Assembly (NCBI GenBank): GCA_951406725.2
Contig: OX597815.1
Coordinates: forward strand, 187,240,001-187,304,000
Length of the DNA stretch: 64,000 nt
Direction: 5' to 3'
DNA from: Octopus vulgaris
Lineage: Eukaryota
Numbering within the stretch: position 1 is the first letter of the stretch; each line of letters starts with the position of its first letter. The notes under the pieces are model-generated. The model searched no databases. It saw only the letters and a program-made list of their open reading frames with translations, and was not told the origin of the DNA. Below, piece by piece: positions 37,560-51,949 of this stretch. The translations under genes and the position numbers were made by a program.

Positions 37560-38460
37560 GTGTTACAATGTTTTCTTATCAATAATCCACAATAGGTAAA
37601 TTATTGATGCATTCTAGATGCCTGTCTACTTTCTAATACTGAAGATCTCATGCATTCTATTTCCTACAATAAATTCTACAGCAAACAAGATCTAAAAGCA
37701 ACATGCTATATGATTCCATTCCACAATGGTGGTAAGAAATATACTGAATTTCAAGCTGACGGATGCCTATTCTTGCTTATAAGGTTACCCTTCCATGAGA
37801 CTAATGCCATAAGTGCTTTTCAAAGAGTGATGGATGGTAAAATTTCTGACAATGATATCAAAAGAGTTCAAGTGCATTTAGATGATGCTATTGTCATTGA
37901 AAAAAAAAACTATTAAGGAACATGATGGGAACTTGGTTCAATTTATTCCAGTTACTAAGAAACCTCAACATTACACTGAACAATGAATGGCAATGATCTT
38001 CTCTGCCAAACATCCATTTGTTACCAAGGACACAAAATAGAAAATTACTGTCTGTAAACTGATTCGACAAGATTGAAATCATTTGATTGATTCCTAGAAA
38101 TGCTAATCCACTACAACAGCTATAGGGCTTGTTTCATTACTGCCATAAATAGATACCTTCCTTCTAGGAATTAAAACCTCTACTAAATCCTAGTTTTTCT
38201 CTAACAAAAAGTGGATATCTAGATACTACTCATTTGCTTAAAACTTGAATAGGTAATGCCTCTCTCTTACCCGTCTTACCTGAAGTTTCATTGTATGTTA
38301 ATGCTAAGATTTCTCTTACAACAATTTTACAAGTAATTCCATAGAAAACTTTCTCACCCAGAATGAAATTCATTGCCTTTTGAAAAGGAATCTATGTCTA
38401 TCATAGAAAGTGCAAGGAAATGGCAAATCCTTTTATTTTGGAGCCATTTTACATTACACA
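37560..38460 (+). pseudogene. Decayed Ty3/gypsy reverse transcriptase-RNase H
   Basis: FYSKQDLKA.CY.IP...KKYTEFQADG.LF..IRLPF..TNAISAFQRVMD...HLDD; further on EKESMSIIESARKW..LLFWSHFTL; frameshifts and stops. Confidence 0.75.
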
Positions 38461-38610
38461 ATTGCCATCATCAGGCAATCACATAGAATTATTGTTGTTG
38501 ATTCTCTTACCTGATGCCCCTTGATTATATTTCCTCCAGGAGTCAAAAATCTATGGAAGCTTTCGAATTATCTGAGGGTTATTCAGTAATGGTATCATGT
38601 CACATTTAAG

Positions 38611-38840
38611 GTGGAGAGCTAGCAGAAATGTTAGCACGCCGGGCAAAATGCTTAGCCATATTTCGTCTGCCATTACGTTCTGAGTTCAAATTCCGCTGAG
38701 GTCGACTTTGCCTTTCATCCTTTCGGGGTCAATAAATTAAGTACCAGTTACGCACTGGGGTCGATGTAATCGACTTAATCCGTTTGTCTGTCCTTGTTGG
38801 TCCCCTCTGTGTTTAGCCCCTTGTGGGTAGTAAAGAAATA
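38611..38840 (+). mobile_element. Family B SINE with 20-bp TSD
   Basis: GGTATCATGTCA(C/G)ATTTAAG at 38591-38610 and 38841-38860. Confidence 0.88.
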
Positions 38841-39221
38841 GGTATCATGTCAGATTTAAGAACTTACCATTTTCCTTTGAAAATATTTAAAAATAACATG
38901 TGACAAATGCTACTAAAACTTGTTAAGCCACACAGCTGTTCCTCATCCAAAAGAGCAGAGGAAGAAGGACTTAACTTGGATTCATATGGGAGTTTGTTGC
39001 AGGAAGGACATCCTGCTATAGAAAAGATGTCCCAGTAAGTCTTGTCTAACACATGATGGCAAGGAAAAGTGGATGCTATACACACTCTTAACTCCCAACC
39101 ACATGGTTCCAGGTTTAGTTCCTCTGCATGGCACCTTATGTGGGTGTCTTGTACTATAGCCTTGGACCGACCAAATTCTTGTGAGTGGATTTGGCAGACA
39201 GAAGCTAAAAGAAACCCATCG

Positions 39222-39312
<91 letters not shown>

Positions 39313-39770
39313 ATACATATATATATATATCATCATCATCATCATCGTCGTTTAACGTCCGCTTTCCATGCCAGCATGGGTTGGACGATTTTGACTGAGG
39401 GCTGGGGAAACCAGATGGCTGCACCAGACTCCAATCTTGATTTGGCAGAGTTTCTACAGCTGGATGCCCTTCCTAACGCCAACCACTCCGATATATATAT
39501 ATATTTGTATGTATATACATACATATATATTATGTGAGTGTATGTGTGTATGTGTTTGTGCAAGCACTTGTGTGTGTGTGTGTGCATCTGTCTTTGTCCC
39601 CCCACCACCACTTGACAAAAAAATAAGTACTGGGGTCAATTCATTTGACCCCAGTACTAATTGATTCTTCAGGGTGGTGCCCCAGCATGGCCACAGTCTA
39701 ATGACTAAAACAAATAAAAGATAAAAGACATATATATATATATGTATATACATATATGTGTGTGTGTGTG

Positions 39771-39977
39771 TCTTTTACTCTTTTACTCTTTTACTTGTTT
39801 CAGTCATTTGACAGCGGCCATGCTGGAGCACTGCCTTTAGTCAAGCAAATCGACCCCGGGACTTATTCTTTGTAAGCCCAATACTTATTCTATCGGTCTG
39901 TTTTGCTGAACCGCTAAGTGATGGGGACGTAAACACACCAGCATCAGTTGTCAAGCAATGCTAGGGGGACAAACACA

Positions 39978-40033
<56 letters not shown>

Positions 40034-40215
40034 AATATATATACACGTATAAACTATAGGCTCCTTTCAATTTCCGTCTACCAAATCCACTCACAAGCCA
40101 TTGGTCAGCCCGGGGCTATAGCAGAAGACACTTGCCCAAGATGCCACGCAGTGAGACTGAACACGGAACCATGTGGTTGGTTAGCAAGCTACTTACCACA
40201 CAGCCACTCCTGTCT
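39771..40215 (-). mobile_element. CORE-type SINE (family A), full length
   Basis: Reverse complement of the 1142-1553 type. Confidence 0.85.
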
Positions 40216-41098
40216 ATGAATAATTATATATATTTGTGTGCCTAATTTCATGTGTGGTCTGTAATTATATATATTTGTGTGTAATTTCATGTGTGTGTTA
40301 GTATTAACTCCATGTGCCACAAGGGAAAGCTTCTGGAAACCTGTTGTTTCTTAATTCCAAATATATATATATGTGATTACATTCATTTAACAACACAAAG
40401 CAGTGAAATACGAATTTTGAAAATAAAATAATACATCCAATTATTTTTGAATGGTCTGATTGAGCTGAAAATCAATTTTTGGTGAGAAATTTGAATATCC
40501 TATAAGTGCTGAAGTGAACTGTGACAAGATAAACATCTTCAGAGATAGTTAAATAGCAAATTAATGAAAACTCGGAATTGGCATATTGACAGATACACGT
40601 CTAGCCCTTAATTCAATGATATTTATAAAAGTGTTTATTGAGGATATCTATTTTTATACTGTCTTTTATATACAGTAATAATAAGAAAAAATCTATCTTA
40701 TAAATATTTGGTTCAAATTGTTACAATTAAACAGATGATACTTGATAATTTCAAAGATTAGATTATACATTTTCATATGATAGTACAAAGGATACACGCT
40801 AAATGTTTATGTAACAGATACATGCAATAAATAGATCGGTTTAGTCAAAAATATGGAACCAGATCATTAGCAGAACAAAATATATATAAAAATATTTTTG
40901 ACTTGAAGAATTTTTTTTTATTTATCTCTTTTACTTGTTTCAGTCATTAGACTGCAGCCATGCTTGGGCAACACCTTGAATTTTTAGTCAAATAAATTGA
41001 CCCCAGTACTTATACATTCATTCATTTATTTATTTTTTAGCCTTGTACTTATTCTATCAGTCACTTTTGCCAAACTACTAAGTTACAGGGATGTTAAC

Positions 41099-41481
41099 GT
41101 ATATATTTAGGAGCACTCCGTTGGTTACGATGATGAGGGTCCCAGCTGATACGATCAATGGAACAGCTTGCTCGTGGAATTAACGTGCAAGTGGCTGAGC
41201 ATTCCACAGACACGTGTACCCTTAACGTAGTTCTCGAGGAGATTCAGCATGACACAGAGTGTGACAAGGCTGGCCCTTTGAAATACAGGTACAACAGAAA
41301 CAGGAAGAAAGAGTGAGAGAAAGTTGTGGTGAAAGAGTACAGCAAGGTTCACCACCACCCCCTGCAGGAGCTTTGTGAAGCTTTAGGCGTTTTTGCTCAA
41401 TAAACACTCACAATGCCCGGTCTGGGAATCGAAACCGCGATCCTACGACCGCGTGTCCGCTGCCCTAACCACTGGGCCATT
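41099..41481 (-). mobile_element. tRNA-derived SINE (family D) with 17-bp TSD
   Basis: Head TGGCCCAGTGGTTAGGG...GGTTTCGATTCCC; GTTACAGGGATGTTAAC at 41082-41098 and 41482-41498; 3' body shared with 31740-31922. Confidence 0.88.
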
Positions 41482-41937
41482 GTTACAGGGATGTTAACAC
41501 ACTAGCACCTGTTGTCAAAGACACACAGACACCATGCATAAATATATTAATATATATATTTATGTATATATATATATGACAGGTGAGTTTCTTTCAGGTT
41601 CCATCTACCACATCCACTCACAAAGCCCCAGGCTATAACAGAAGTCACTTGCCCAAGGTGACACAAAGTGGGACTGAACCATGCGCGAAAGGCTTTGGAC
41701 AGCCTGAAGCTATACTAGAAGACACTTGCCTAAAGTTCCACACTGCAGGACTGAACCCAGAACCACGTGGTTGGGAAGCAAGTTTCTTAACCACACAGCC
41801 ATGCTTCCTAATTCAATGCAGCATCATGCAATAAAAAAATAATAATTTTTTTTTCTATTATTGGCTCAAGGTTTGAAATTTTGGAAGAGGAAATGAGTCA
41901 ATTACATCAACCCCAGTGTTCAACTGGTACTTATCTA

Positions 41938-42145
41938 ATTAAGGGAGAGTTTACGAAAAAAACAAAAGACAAAGACAGGTGGTGTACAAAACAAACAGAT
42001 GTATTAGTATAATGCTCAGGAATAGAAAAAGTCGTTTACGTTTCGAGCCTATGCTCTTCTACAGAAAGGGACACAGAGAAAATAAACAAGGAGAGAAACA
42101 AGGAGAGAAAAAAATGTGTGTAGTGGCTAACGATCTATCATGGCG
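41938..42145 (-). mobile_element. Short hammerhead-bearing element (Penelope-like terminal fragment) inserted in a SINE
   Basis: 9-bp TSD ACTTATCTA (41929-41937, 42146-42154); related fragment at 29812-29890. Confidence 0.65.
42033..42068 (-). ncRNA. Minimal type I hammerhead ribozyme-like motif (A6U variant)
   Basis: CTTT-CTGTAGA-A-GAGC ATAG GCTC-GAAA-CG-TA-AACG. Confidence 0.55.
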
Positions 42146-44482
42146 ACTTATCTACTTAACCCTGAAAGGATGAAAGACAAAGTTGATTTTGGTAGAATTT
42201 GAACTTAGAACACAAAGACAGATGAAATGCCACTAAGCATTTTGGTTAGTGTAAAATAAATAGAAAATAAGGCATAAAAAAGCATATATATTTTTAAAAC
42301 TGGACCATTTCTCCTGTTTACTTGTAGAACAAAAGCTATTCTGAATTTCTAAACTTACCTAAAAGGTCAGAATTAGCAACTTGACTAACCTTAAGTAGAA
42401 TTTATGGATTCAAAACCCATCTTCCCTGTTTGGTTCTTCCAGTTACATAATGATATTGCTTTTAAGCTGTTATTATTTAGATGTAATTTTGAAGAAGTGG
42501 GGAAAAAAAAGAATAAAAAAGAAAAAAAAGGAAAAATTCCAAACCTGTAAAACTCAGTGGTTGACAGTAAAAAGTAACACTGAAATATTACGTGAAAAAC
42601 ATTAAATGTCAATATTCAAAGGCACCATAAAATCTATTTAATATGTGTGGTGTTTTCGTCTTTCCTATGGTATTTAACATAGAGGATTTATTAGCTCGTT
42701 CACGTGCCACATGTTTGTTCATTGAACATCTCTTAACTTGTTTGTCAACAAGCTACATGTTAATAATTTTGTCACAAAAAAAATGTATACTTTTATTAGC
42801 TCTAGTCAATGGACTGCTGCCATACTGAGATATAATTTTTACAGGTTTTAGTTGGTTATATCAACCCCAGGATTTTTTCAAGTATATTTTATTGATCTTA
42901 TGAAGGACAATTGGCAAATATGATTTGGATGTAAAGAGATGTTACTAGTACAGTAAAAAAAAAAATTTTGTTTGATGCACTGGTTTTGCAATCTCTTACT
43001 GACACTCCCAAGTGTTTGTCCTCAAGGTTTTTATGTATGTTTTTTTCCATGCTGGTATGGGTTGAACAAGACTTTGTGAAAATTGTTCTAAAGTTAAATG
43101 TCAACTTGTACTTGTTTTTAAGCAAGGTACTTTATATCATCTCTTCATACATCTAACCACTGGCTGCTGGATTTTTGTGGGGACATATCACCACAGCCCA
43201 AGTAGTGTCAATACAAAGACAGGCAGAGATAACTTTCTTCATTGGCCCACACAGGGCTGAATACAGAGGGGACAAATACAAATGTAGAGCTTTTCTTTTC
43301 GAAGAAGGAAAAAGAAAAAAGGAACAAGAAAGGAAACAAATGTAAAATTCCGATCAAAAGGGATTGGAAAAAAAAAAAAAAGAAATCGTTCAAAAGGGAT
43401 CATGTATCACAGAAACAAATTTTTTAAAAGTAAAGAAACACACACAGACAAGCTGTCATATAGTTCCTGTTAGCCAAATTTCACTCACGATATTTATTTT
43501 GTTATTGCTTACAGGGGGCTAAACATAGAGGGGACAAACAAGGACAGACAAAGGAATAAATCGATTACATCAACCTCAGTGCATAACTGGTACTTATTTA
43601 ATTGACCCCAAAAGGATGAAAGGCAAATTTGACCTCAGCGGAATTTGAATGAAATAGCAGATGAAATATCGCTAAGCATTTTGCCCAGCGTGCTAACGTT
43701 TCTGCCAGCTTGCCGCCTTATTACTCACATGATATTGGTCAAACTTGGGCACAGCTGTGGCTGTGAGGCAGTTTTCAGGTTCAGTCCCACTGTGTGACAA
43801 CCTTGGGCAAGTGTCTTCTACTATAACCTTGGGCTGACCAAAGCCTTGTGAGTAGATTTGGTAGATGGAAACTGAAAAAAGCCCGTTGTGTGTGCGTGTG
43901 TGTGTATGCATGTGTGTGTATATGTGTGTGTATGCGTGAGTGCACACACTTGTGTGTTTGTGTGTCTGTGTGTAGATGTGTGTGTTTGTGTGTGGCACCT
44001 TGGACAAGTGTCTTCTACTATAACCTTGGGCTGACCAAAGCCTTGTGAGTGGATTTGGTAGACAGAAACTGAAAGAAGCTTGTTGTGTGTGTGTGTGTGC
44101 GTGTGTGTGTGTGCGCGTGTGTGTGTGCGTGTGTGTGTGTGTGCACGTGTGTGTGTGTGTCTTTGTGTCTGTGTTTCTCCCCCACCACAGCTTCACAACC
44201 AGTGTTGGTGTGTATATGTCCCAATAACTTAGTTGTTTGGCAAAATCGACCAAAAGAATAAGTTCTAGGCTCAAAAAGATAAGTACCGGAGTCGATATGT
44301 TTGACTAAAATCCTTCAAGACAGTGCCCCAGCATGGCCGTAGTCTAATAACTGAAACAAGTAAAAGATAAAAGATGAAATAAAAGATACTGTATGGCCCA
44401 AAGTGCCATACAAACTAAATCTGTATGGTTGTGAAAATAATGTCTTAACCACACAACCATGTTTATCCCTACACATGCTCTT

Positions 44483-45054
44483 AAATATGGTTTCTGATTA
44501 CAAATACCTTGGGTCATACATATCATCATCTGAAAAAGATTTTCTAACTAGAAAGGGTCAGCCTGTAATGATATACATAAGATCTGGTCATCAAATCTAA
44601 GTAGAGATTTCAAACTTAAAATCTTCAAAGCCACAGTTGAACCCATTCTGCTATATGGCTCAGAAACCTGGACGTTATCAAAGAAGCTTGAGAGGCGGTT
44701 GGATGGAACTTACACTCGCCTCCTTACGAGAGCTCAAAATCTCTCGTGGAAGCGTCATCCAACCAAAGTAAAAATATATGGGAAACTACCACCTGTTTCA
44801 TCTCTTGTGAAAGGTAGTAGAGTCCAGTTTGCTAAACATTGTTGTAGAGCTGAAAACGAGGTAATTTCTGCTCTTCTCCGCTGGAAGCCATCTGCTCGCA
44901 ATACCAGAGGGCGCACAGTCTCCTACTCTGATGTAATCTCCGGGGATACAGGTATCCAGCAACAAGACTTCTGTAATGCTATGATGGACTGTGAAGTCTG
45001 GTGTAACATAGTAAATTCTATTGTCTCGACCACGGTCGAACAATGATGATGATG
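44483..45054 (+). pseudogene. 5'-truncated RTE-like LINE, RT C-terminus with (TGA)n tail
   Basis: DYKYLGSYI...KLKIFKATVEPILLYGSETW...LDGTYTRLL; stop at 45046 followed by TGA repeats. Confidence 0.85.
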
Positions 45055-46598
45055 AGAAATACACAAAGTTTCCATCAACTAAACTTCACTCACAAGGCTT
45101 TGGTCAAACTTAAGCTATTGTAAAACTCACTTGCTCAAGGTGTCACTTGTTGTATCAAATTTGGATCCCTGTGACCGTGAAACAAACTTATTAATTGCAC
45201 AGACGTATTTATCGATAAATCCTTTCTGCCAAATCAGCATTTACAAAGAGATAATCTCAAGTAAATATTGTGGCAAATAGCACTGCAGGCTACTGCCACT
45301 ACAATTAGCAGGATTTCTAATATATTTCAATACTATCACTTTCCCAAACTCTTTTCATATTAACTTTAGTGATTACTGCTCACCAGATTACATCTAGCAT
45401 TTAGTTTCATTTGCTAATGTATATTGACTCAACTGTTTCTGATTTTTATTTTCACTACTTATTTAATATTCAATTTGTCACTTCTTTTGAGCTTTAGTGC
45501 TAATACTTTAAAATAACAATCTTTATATTTGATGTTATTACTAAAAATTTTACCTCTCTTCTTTGCTTTCTATTTAATAATTTTGCAGGTATCTAACTTT
45601 TTTTCTAAACTCTCTTGAATTTCTAGAATTGACTACTATGTTTTCTGGGGCATGCTAATCCTTTTTTTTTTTTGCACGTAAAAGCACCCACTACAGTCTC
45701 GGAGTGGTTGGTATTAGGAAGGCCATCCAGCTGTAAAAACTCTGCCAGATCAGATTGGAGCCTGGTGCAGCCATCTGGTTCGCCAGTCCTCAGTCAAATC
45801 GTCCAACCCATGCTAGCATGGAAAGTGGACGTTAAATGATGATGATGATGATGATCGTGATGATGATTTCTTCATTGTCATGTTTGCTTCTGTTAACAGA
45901 GAAGAAGAATATAATCTTTTCTACTTTAGGTACAACGCTTGAAATTTTTGGATAGGGAAGGGGCCAGTCGATTAGATCAACCCCAGTACACAATTTATTG
46001 ACCCAAAAGGATGAAAGGCAAAGTTGACATCAGCGGAATTTGAACTCAGAATGTAAAGACAGACGAAATACTTATTTCTTTATTGCTCACAAGGGGCTAA
46101 ACACAGACGGGACAAGCAAGGACAGACGAAGGTATTAAGTCAATTACATTGACCCCAGTGTGTAACTGGTACTTAATTTATCAACCCTGAAAGGATGAAA
46201 GGCAAAGTTGACCTCGGTGGAATTTGAACTCAATATGTAAAGACAGATGAAATACTGCTAAGAATTTTATCCGGCATGCTAACGTTTCTGCCCAGCTCAC
46301 CGTATTTATTGATAAATAAATACGTCTGTGCAATTAATAAGTTTGCTTCACAGTCACAGGGATCCAAGTTTGATACAACTAGTGACACCTTGGGAAAGTA
46401 AGTTTTACAATAGCCTCAGTTTGACCAAAGCCTTGTGAGTGAAGTTTGGTTGATGGAAACTGTATGGAAACTTCTTAGTGTATTTCTATGCATGTGTGTA
46501 GGGATAAACATAGATGTGTGGTTAAGACGTTCTTTTCTCAACCATACAGATTTAGTTTGTATGACACTTTGGGAAAGTTCCTTCTACAATATCTTTTA

Positions 46599-47000
46599 CT
46601 AGCAGTATAGCCTGGCGTTGCTCAGGTTTATTTTCTTTTCAACCCTTTAGAATTGGAATTTTTGAAAAGTAAAAATTTTGAATTATGTAGCTTGTTATTC
46701 TCTTTAAGTGAACATTTTTCTGGTTGAAATACACCGAAAAATGGCGACACAGCAGTCAAAAAATCATAAAAAATAGTGATTTTCATAGAAAAAAAGCACC
46801 TTTTTGATGTAAATAATTTTTGGTGTTAACATGGTCCGATTTGAATTTTTTCTTCTACGGAAGGAAGAGCTAGCCTTCTTCTATCATACTCTCAATTTTG
46901 GTCAACTTGTGCCACAGAGTGTCGGAGGAGATAGTGTTAGTTGAAGGCTACCAAATCTGCCACACACACACACAGACAACTTCAGCTTTATATATAAAGA
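46599..47000 (-). mobile_element. Non-autonomous Helitron (family H1)
   Basis: TC start, CCTGAGCAACGCCAGG hairpin, CTAG end; empty A|T site visible at 44374-44388. Confidence 0.9.
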
Positions 47001-47642
47001 TTTCATTGCCGCCTTACAAGAAGAATATAATTTAAGAGGTTATGATGAAGTATTTTTTTTCTTGTTAGCATCTTCTTATATCCTTTGAATTGCAGATCTG
47101 CAGTTTATTGCATGTAATGTGACTCTTTCAGGTCACTTTTAACTATTTTAATTTTGTGCCTTCTTGACTTAAAACTACATAATTACCAACTACATAATTA
47201 CCTTGCAGTTGGTAATTACGTTAATTTATCCTGAATCATTCATTGCTTCAGCATTCAAATTATTATCCTTGTCTCCTACTTGCAGGAAATGTTTTCCCAG
47301 CCCACATATGATTAGATTACTGTTGTTCATATTTACCCATCAAATCATAGTTTGTTCTGCTTTAGCTTCCAAGATTTCCAACTTTATTGCTCACATTTCA
47401 TTTGTCATGTAAAATCCTATTTATAGAAATCACATCGTGTAAATTCAGAATTCACATAAGAATTAAAAGCAAAAACATTCACCTAAACTATTTCTAGTTT
47501 AGGAATACTTTAGGTAAACAAAAATCTGTTGACATTAAACCACCAATGGCTTTGTTCTAACAGAGATTGAGTGTCTTAGCAAACATTGACTACTATTTCC
47601 AGAAATTTCTGGAAGCAGGTAACAGCTTTCACGTTCAACATA

Positions 47643-47915
47643 TCATCATCATCCTCATCATTTAACGTCCATTTTCCATGCTAGCATGGGTTGGACAGTT
47701 CGACCGGGGTCTAGGAAGCCAGGAGGCTGCACCAGGCTCCAGTCTGATCTGGCAGTGTTTCTACAGCTGGATGCCCTTCCTAATGCCAACTACTCCATGA
47801 GTGTAGTGAGTGCTTTTTACGTGCCACCGGCACAGGGGCCAGGGGAGGCTGGCAACAGCCACGATCAATTGGTGCTTCTTATGTGCCACCAGCACGTAAG
47901 CCAGCCAAGACGGCA
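47643..47915 (-). mobile_element. RTE 3'-UTR fragment
   Basis: Close match to 14884-15158. Confidence 0.8.
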
Positions 47916-50900
47916 AAAAAAATGAGAATTTTAAAATCCTGGCAAATTTCAAGTAAGCACTCAGTATTTATAATAAGATTGAATAAAGAATAAGGTTAAA
48001 CATATCTAAGATTGAATTCAATTCCTACATATTATGTATAAAGATAGCATGGCTTCCAATCTTAAAATTTTTTTATGTCATCTTAGTGTTAGCCATCTTA
48101 AAATGTAGTTTTTGTGAACAAAATCTATATTTCAGAGTTCGTATATAATATTGATATTGCATATAACAGTAAGAACTAAATTATTTTTTATAAAAAAACA
48201 GAATTTTTATTTAGTTCTACTAAAAAATACTCAGAGAACAATACATTCCAAAAGTAGCCTGTCCAAAGTTCAAAATACAATGGTGTCTATAAACTTCTAG
48301 TTATATTATATCACCTTTTATGTTAACTTCTAAGCATCTAAGTATGACCTTGCTTTACAGGCCATGCTCTCAGCAATTATCATTCATTCTAAATTATTTC
48401 CTGTGTAAGTTTCAAAGTTCTGGGACATCTAAAATTGTGACTTTAACTTTCATATACAAATAAATCCTTTAGCCATTTGAAATTTTTATTTTTACAAAAA
48501 GAAAAACAATTTTTCCAGCTTTTAGAAATAATTATATTGTTTATTGCAATTTGCAATCACATGCAATTGGGAAACCTTTCATATATTTCTGTCATTTGAG
48601 GTTATCAGCATATCCTTTTATAACATAATTATAATTAAATTTGTTTGCTAGTCTTCATGAATATTATAAAGCAGTAATGTGATTACTCAGAATAATCAAC
48701 TGATATCCATCCTGATGTTTTAATCAAATGGATAAATTTCAAATGCTCATTTTAGACGAGAATTTATCTGGTTGATCATAAAAATCCTTATTGATATTAA
48801 GTATTAAATAAAATTTACCTTTGATAAATTTTTATGCTCTTATATACTTTACTGTTGCTTCGAGCTGGCAGAATCGTTAGCACACCGGACGAAATGCATA
48901 GCCATATTTCATCTGCCGTTATGTTCTGAGTTCAAATTCCGCTGAGGTCGACTTTGCCTTTCATCCTTTCGGGGTCGATAAATTAAGTACCAGTTACGCA
49001 CTGGGGTCGATATAATGGACTTAATTTGTTGGGTTGTCCTTGTTTGTCCTCTCCTATGTTTAGCCCCTTGTGGGTAATAAATAATCATATACTTTTCAGC
49101 TGCTTCAGGGAACACACACACACACATGCACGTGTGCACACATTAGAATACTTGAAGGATTGTAGACAACGTGAAATATTAAAGGTGGCTATCAAACCAC
49201 TGGCAAGATTGAACTTGCTTGAAAAACACCATTCTAAATACACATTCTATTAAATTGTGTTGTTAATAGCTTTTAGTAACTTAGCTGTTGTAAACAGCTG
49301 TATTACACTTGAATACAATAAAAGCAAGTTGATTCTTATGCAGTGAACAAATTAGGAAAATACTTTGCCAAGTGGAAAATAAGGTAGTTAAATGATGTTG
49401 CACAGCTAAATAAATATGTGGACCTAAATTTTGCTGATTAATTTCAATTACTGATAATTGGGTTCAGTATGGCTGTCTTTCTACAAATACAAAGATATTT
49501 GCATTCAAATTGAACATTGAAATATTTTCAAAATTATTAGTAAGAAAAGAAATACATTCAACAATTTCTCTTTTTTTTTTGTGTGTGTGTTTTTTGTATA
49601 AATTAGATTACATAAAGATTAACTGGTCTTCTTTGAAACTACAATTATAATATCAATTCAAACCAACTTACATATTCTGACTAAATTGAACACAGATGGT
49701 TAAAAATATATACTATTTCCCATTGCAAAAACATCTGTGCCACTCAATACAAATAGCTGCTGAAGTACTGTATATCAAAACATTAAAAGGAAAACTGTTT
49801 GTGTAAACAAAGCACCTCTGTGCAGGAAAAGATGTAATGTATTAAAAGTAACAAATTAATTCAATATTTGAAAAAAATATATATTTAAATATTGAACTTT
49901 TGTTTGATATTTATTAAGATTTCTTTAAATTTAATTTAATTTTTTTTTGGTTTTTTTACTATTTGTGAATATGAATAACCATAATTTTTTAGTCTGATAA
50001 TTAAGTGACTCACATTTTTCTTCCATAAGAATACACCTCCGTTGCTGGTTTTAGCTGCTTAGATAATTGTGCTGATATAGTTGAAAATGAAGCATATGCT
50101 AAGAATTAAGGTTAATAGATTAAACAGTAAATAGTTTACCGAAGTGGCAGGAGAGGGGTGGGGAGAAAAGATGCCCAAGCTCAAAATTAGGAGGGGAGAG
50201 AATAGTAAGAATTGCTTATATGCAACAAATTGAAATAAATTAGTCCAATTTGAAATAAACCAAAATAAGAAGCAATTATCTATTTCAATAACAAAGCTTT
50301 TCTTTTCATAGGAGAAAAGAAGACAGGGGCATTTGAGAAACAATAGTTCTTCCTGTACTCATAAAATAACCAAGAGTAAAACATAATGCAAATAGCTACT
50401 GTTTAAATCTGCTTTTATTTTATTATGCTTTTTTTTTTTTATAGAAACACAGTTGCAAGACATTCTTTTAACATTACATTAATGATTCCTTTCTTTCTTC
50501 TATTACAAAGTAATTGGTTCTTTGTAGAATGTTTCATGGTAGTTTCAGCTCTTTGTCTAAAACATTACTAACCTTATACAGAAAACAAATAAATAAAATA
50601 AATTTTCGTCCATTTAGAATTTGCATTTAATTCACCTTATTAAAAAGAAATTGATAGCATAAATGAATAATTAAGGAACATCGCGATTTAAAAGTTTAAG
50701 ATAACAAAACCCTCTAAAATATGACTTTATTCCATTTTCTAAAAAAAAATCAAAGTGAGGATATCAAAAATAATCAAAGAGGGGCAAAACGCTTCAATTC
50801 ATAGAGAACCCATGATAGTTTAGTGAGAGCAATTAGCAGAACAAGAACAAAGTGAGATTTTTGCTGGTAGACTCATAGTTAAACATCTGATTCATATCTT

Positions 50901-51949
50901 ACTGGATTAAAGCCAAACATGAATGACACATTGCTAATCAAAGTCACATTTTGAGACAAATGATCAACAAATTTTTAATAGCATGTAATCTATGAAATAT
51001 CAACTCCTGAAAGCTTACACTAATTAGAGATCAAAATTTTTTGCAAGCTATTTGAACTATCATTGACCTGAATAATGGTTATGACTTTAATTAAAATGGT
51101 TTAATTGTCTTTAATTTAATTGATGAGTAAACAGAATTTTCAAAAGAAAATCTAACTGTTATAACACTTCTAGTTTTGATGAGTTTAAAGTTTCTCTTGA
51201 GTCAAGTACATCAACATCAAAATAAAAATCAAATGGAAATTGTAGTTGGCACGTAAAAAGCACCATCCAAACATGGCCGATGCCAGCACCACCTTGACTG
51301 GCGTCCGTGCCGGTGGCACTTAAAATGCACCCACTACACTCACAGACAGACTGGTTGGCGTTAGGAAAGGCATCCAGCTGTAGAAATCATGCCAGATCAG
51401 ATTGGAGCTTGGTGCAGCCTCCTGGCTTCCCAGACCCTGGTTGAACCATCCAACCCATGCTAGCATGGAAAACAGAAGTTAAACGATGAAGATGATACAT
51501 ATGTACATGCACACACACACACACATACATACACACCCTCTCACACACATTTGTATGTATGTATATTCATTATATACTTACACACCACATAGGTGCATAC
51601 ATAAAAATACACACATATAAAAAAAGTACGTACATATACCTGCGTCCAATGAAAGCTAGCAGGTCAAAAGTTCAAAGTTACTCTGACTAGTCTACTTGTA
51701 GAAATTATACAATAAATAGCAAATAATATTGTGTTATATCCTTCAGCTTAATGCAAAATTGCTTTTGTTGTGCCTCAACATAAATACAAACATCAATGTG
51801 TGTGTTTAGCATGCTGAGCAAATTGCTTAGCAGTATTTTGTCTGCCACTGCATTCTGAGTTCAAATTCTGCTGAGGTTGATTTTGCCTTTCATCCTTTCA
51901 GGGTTGATTAAATAAGTACCAGTTAGGCATTGGGATTGATGTAATTGAC

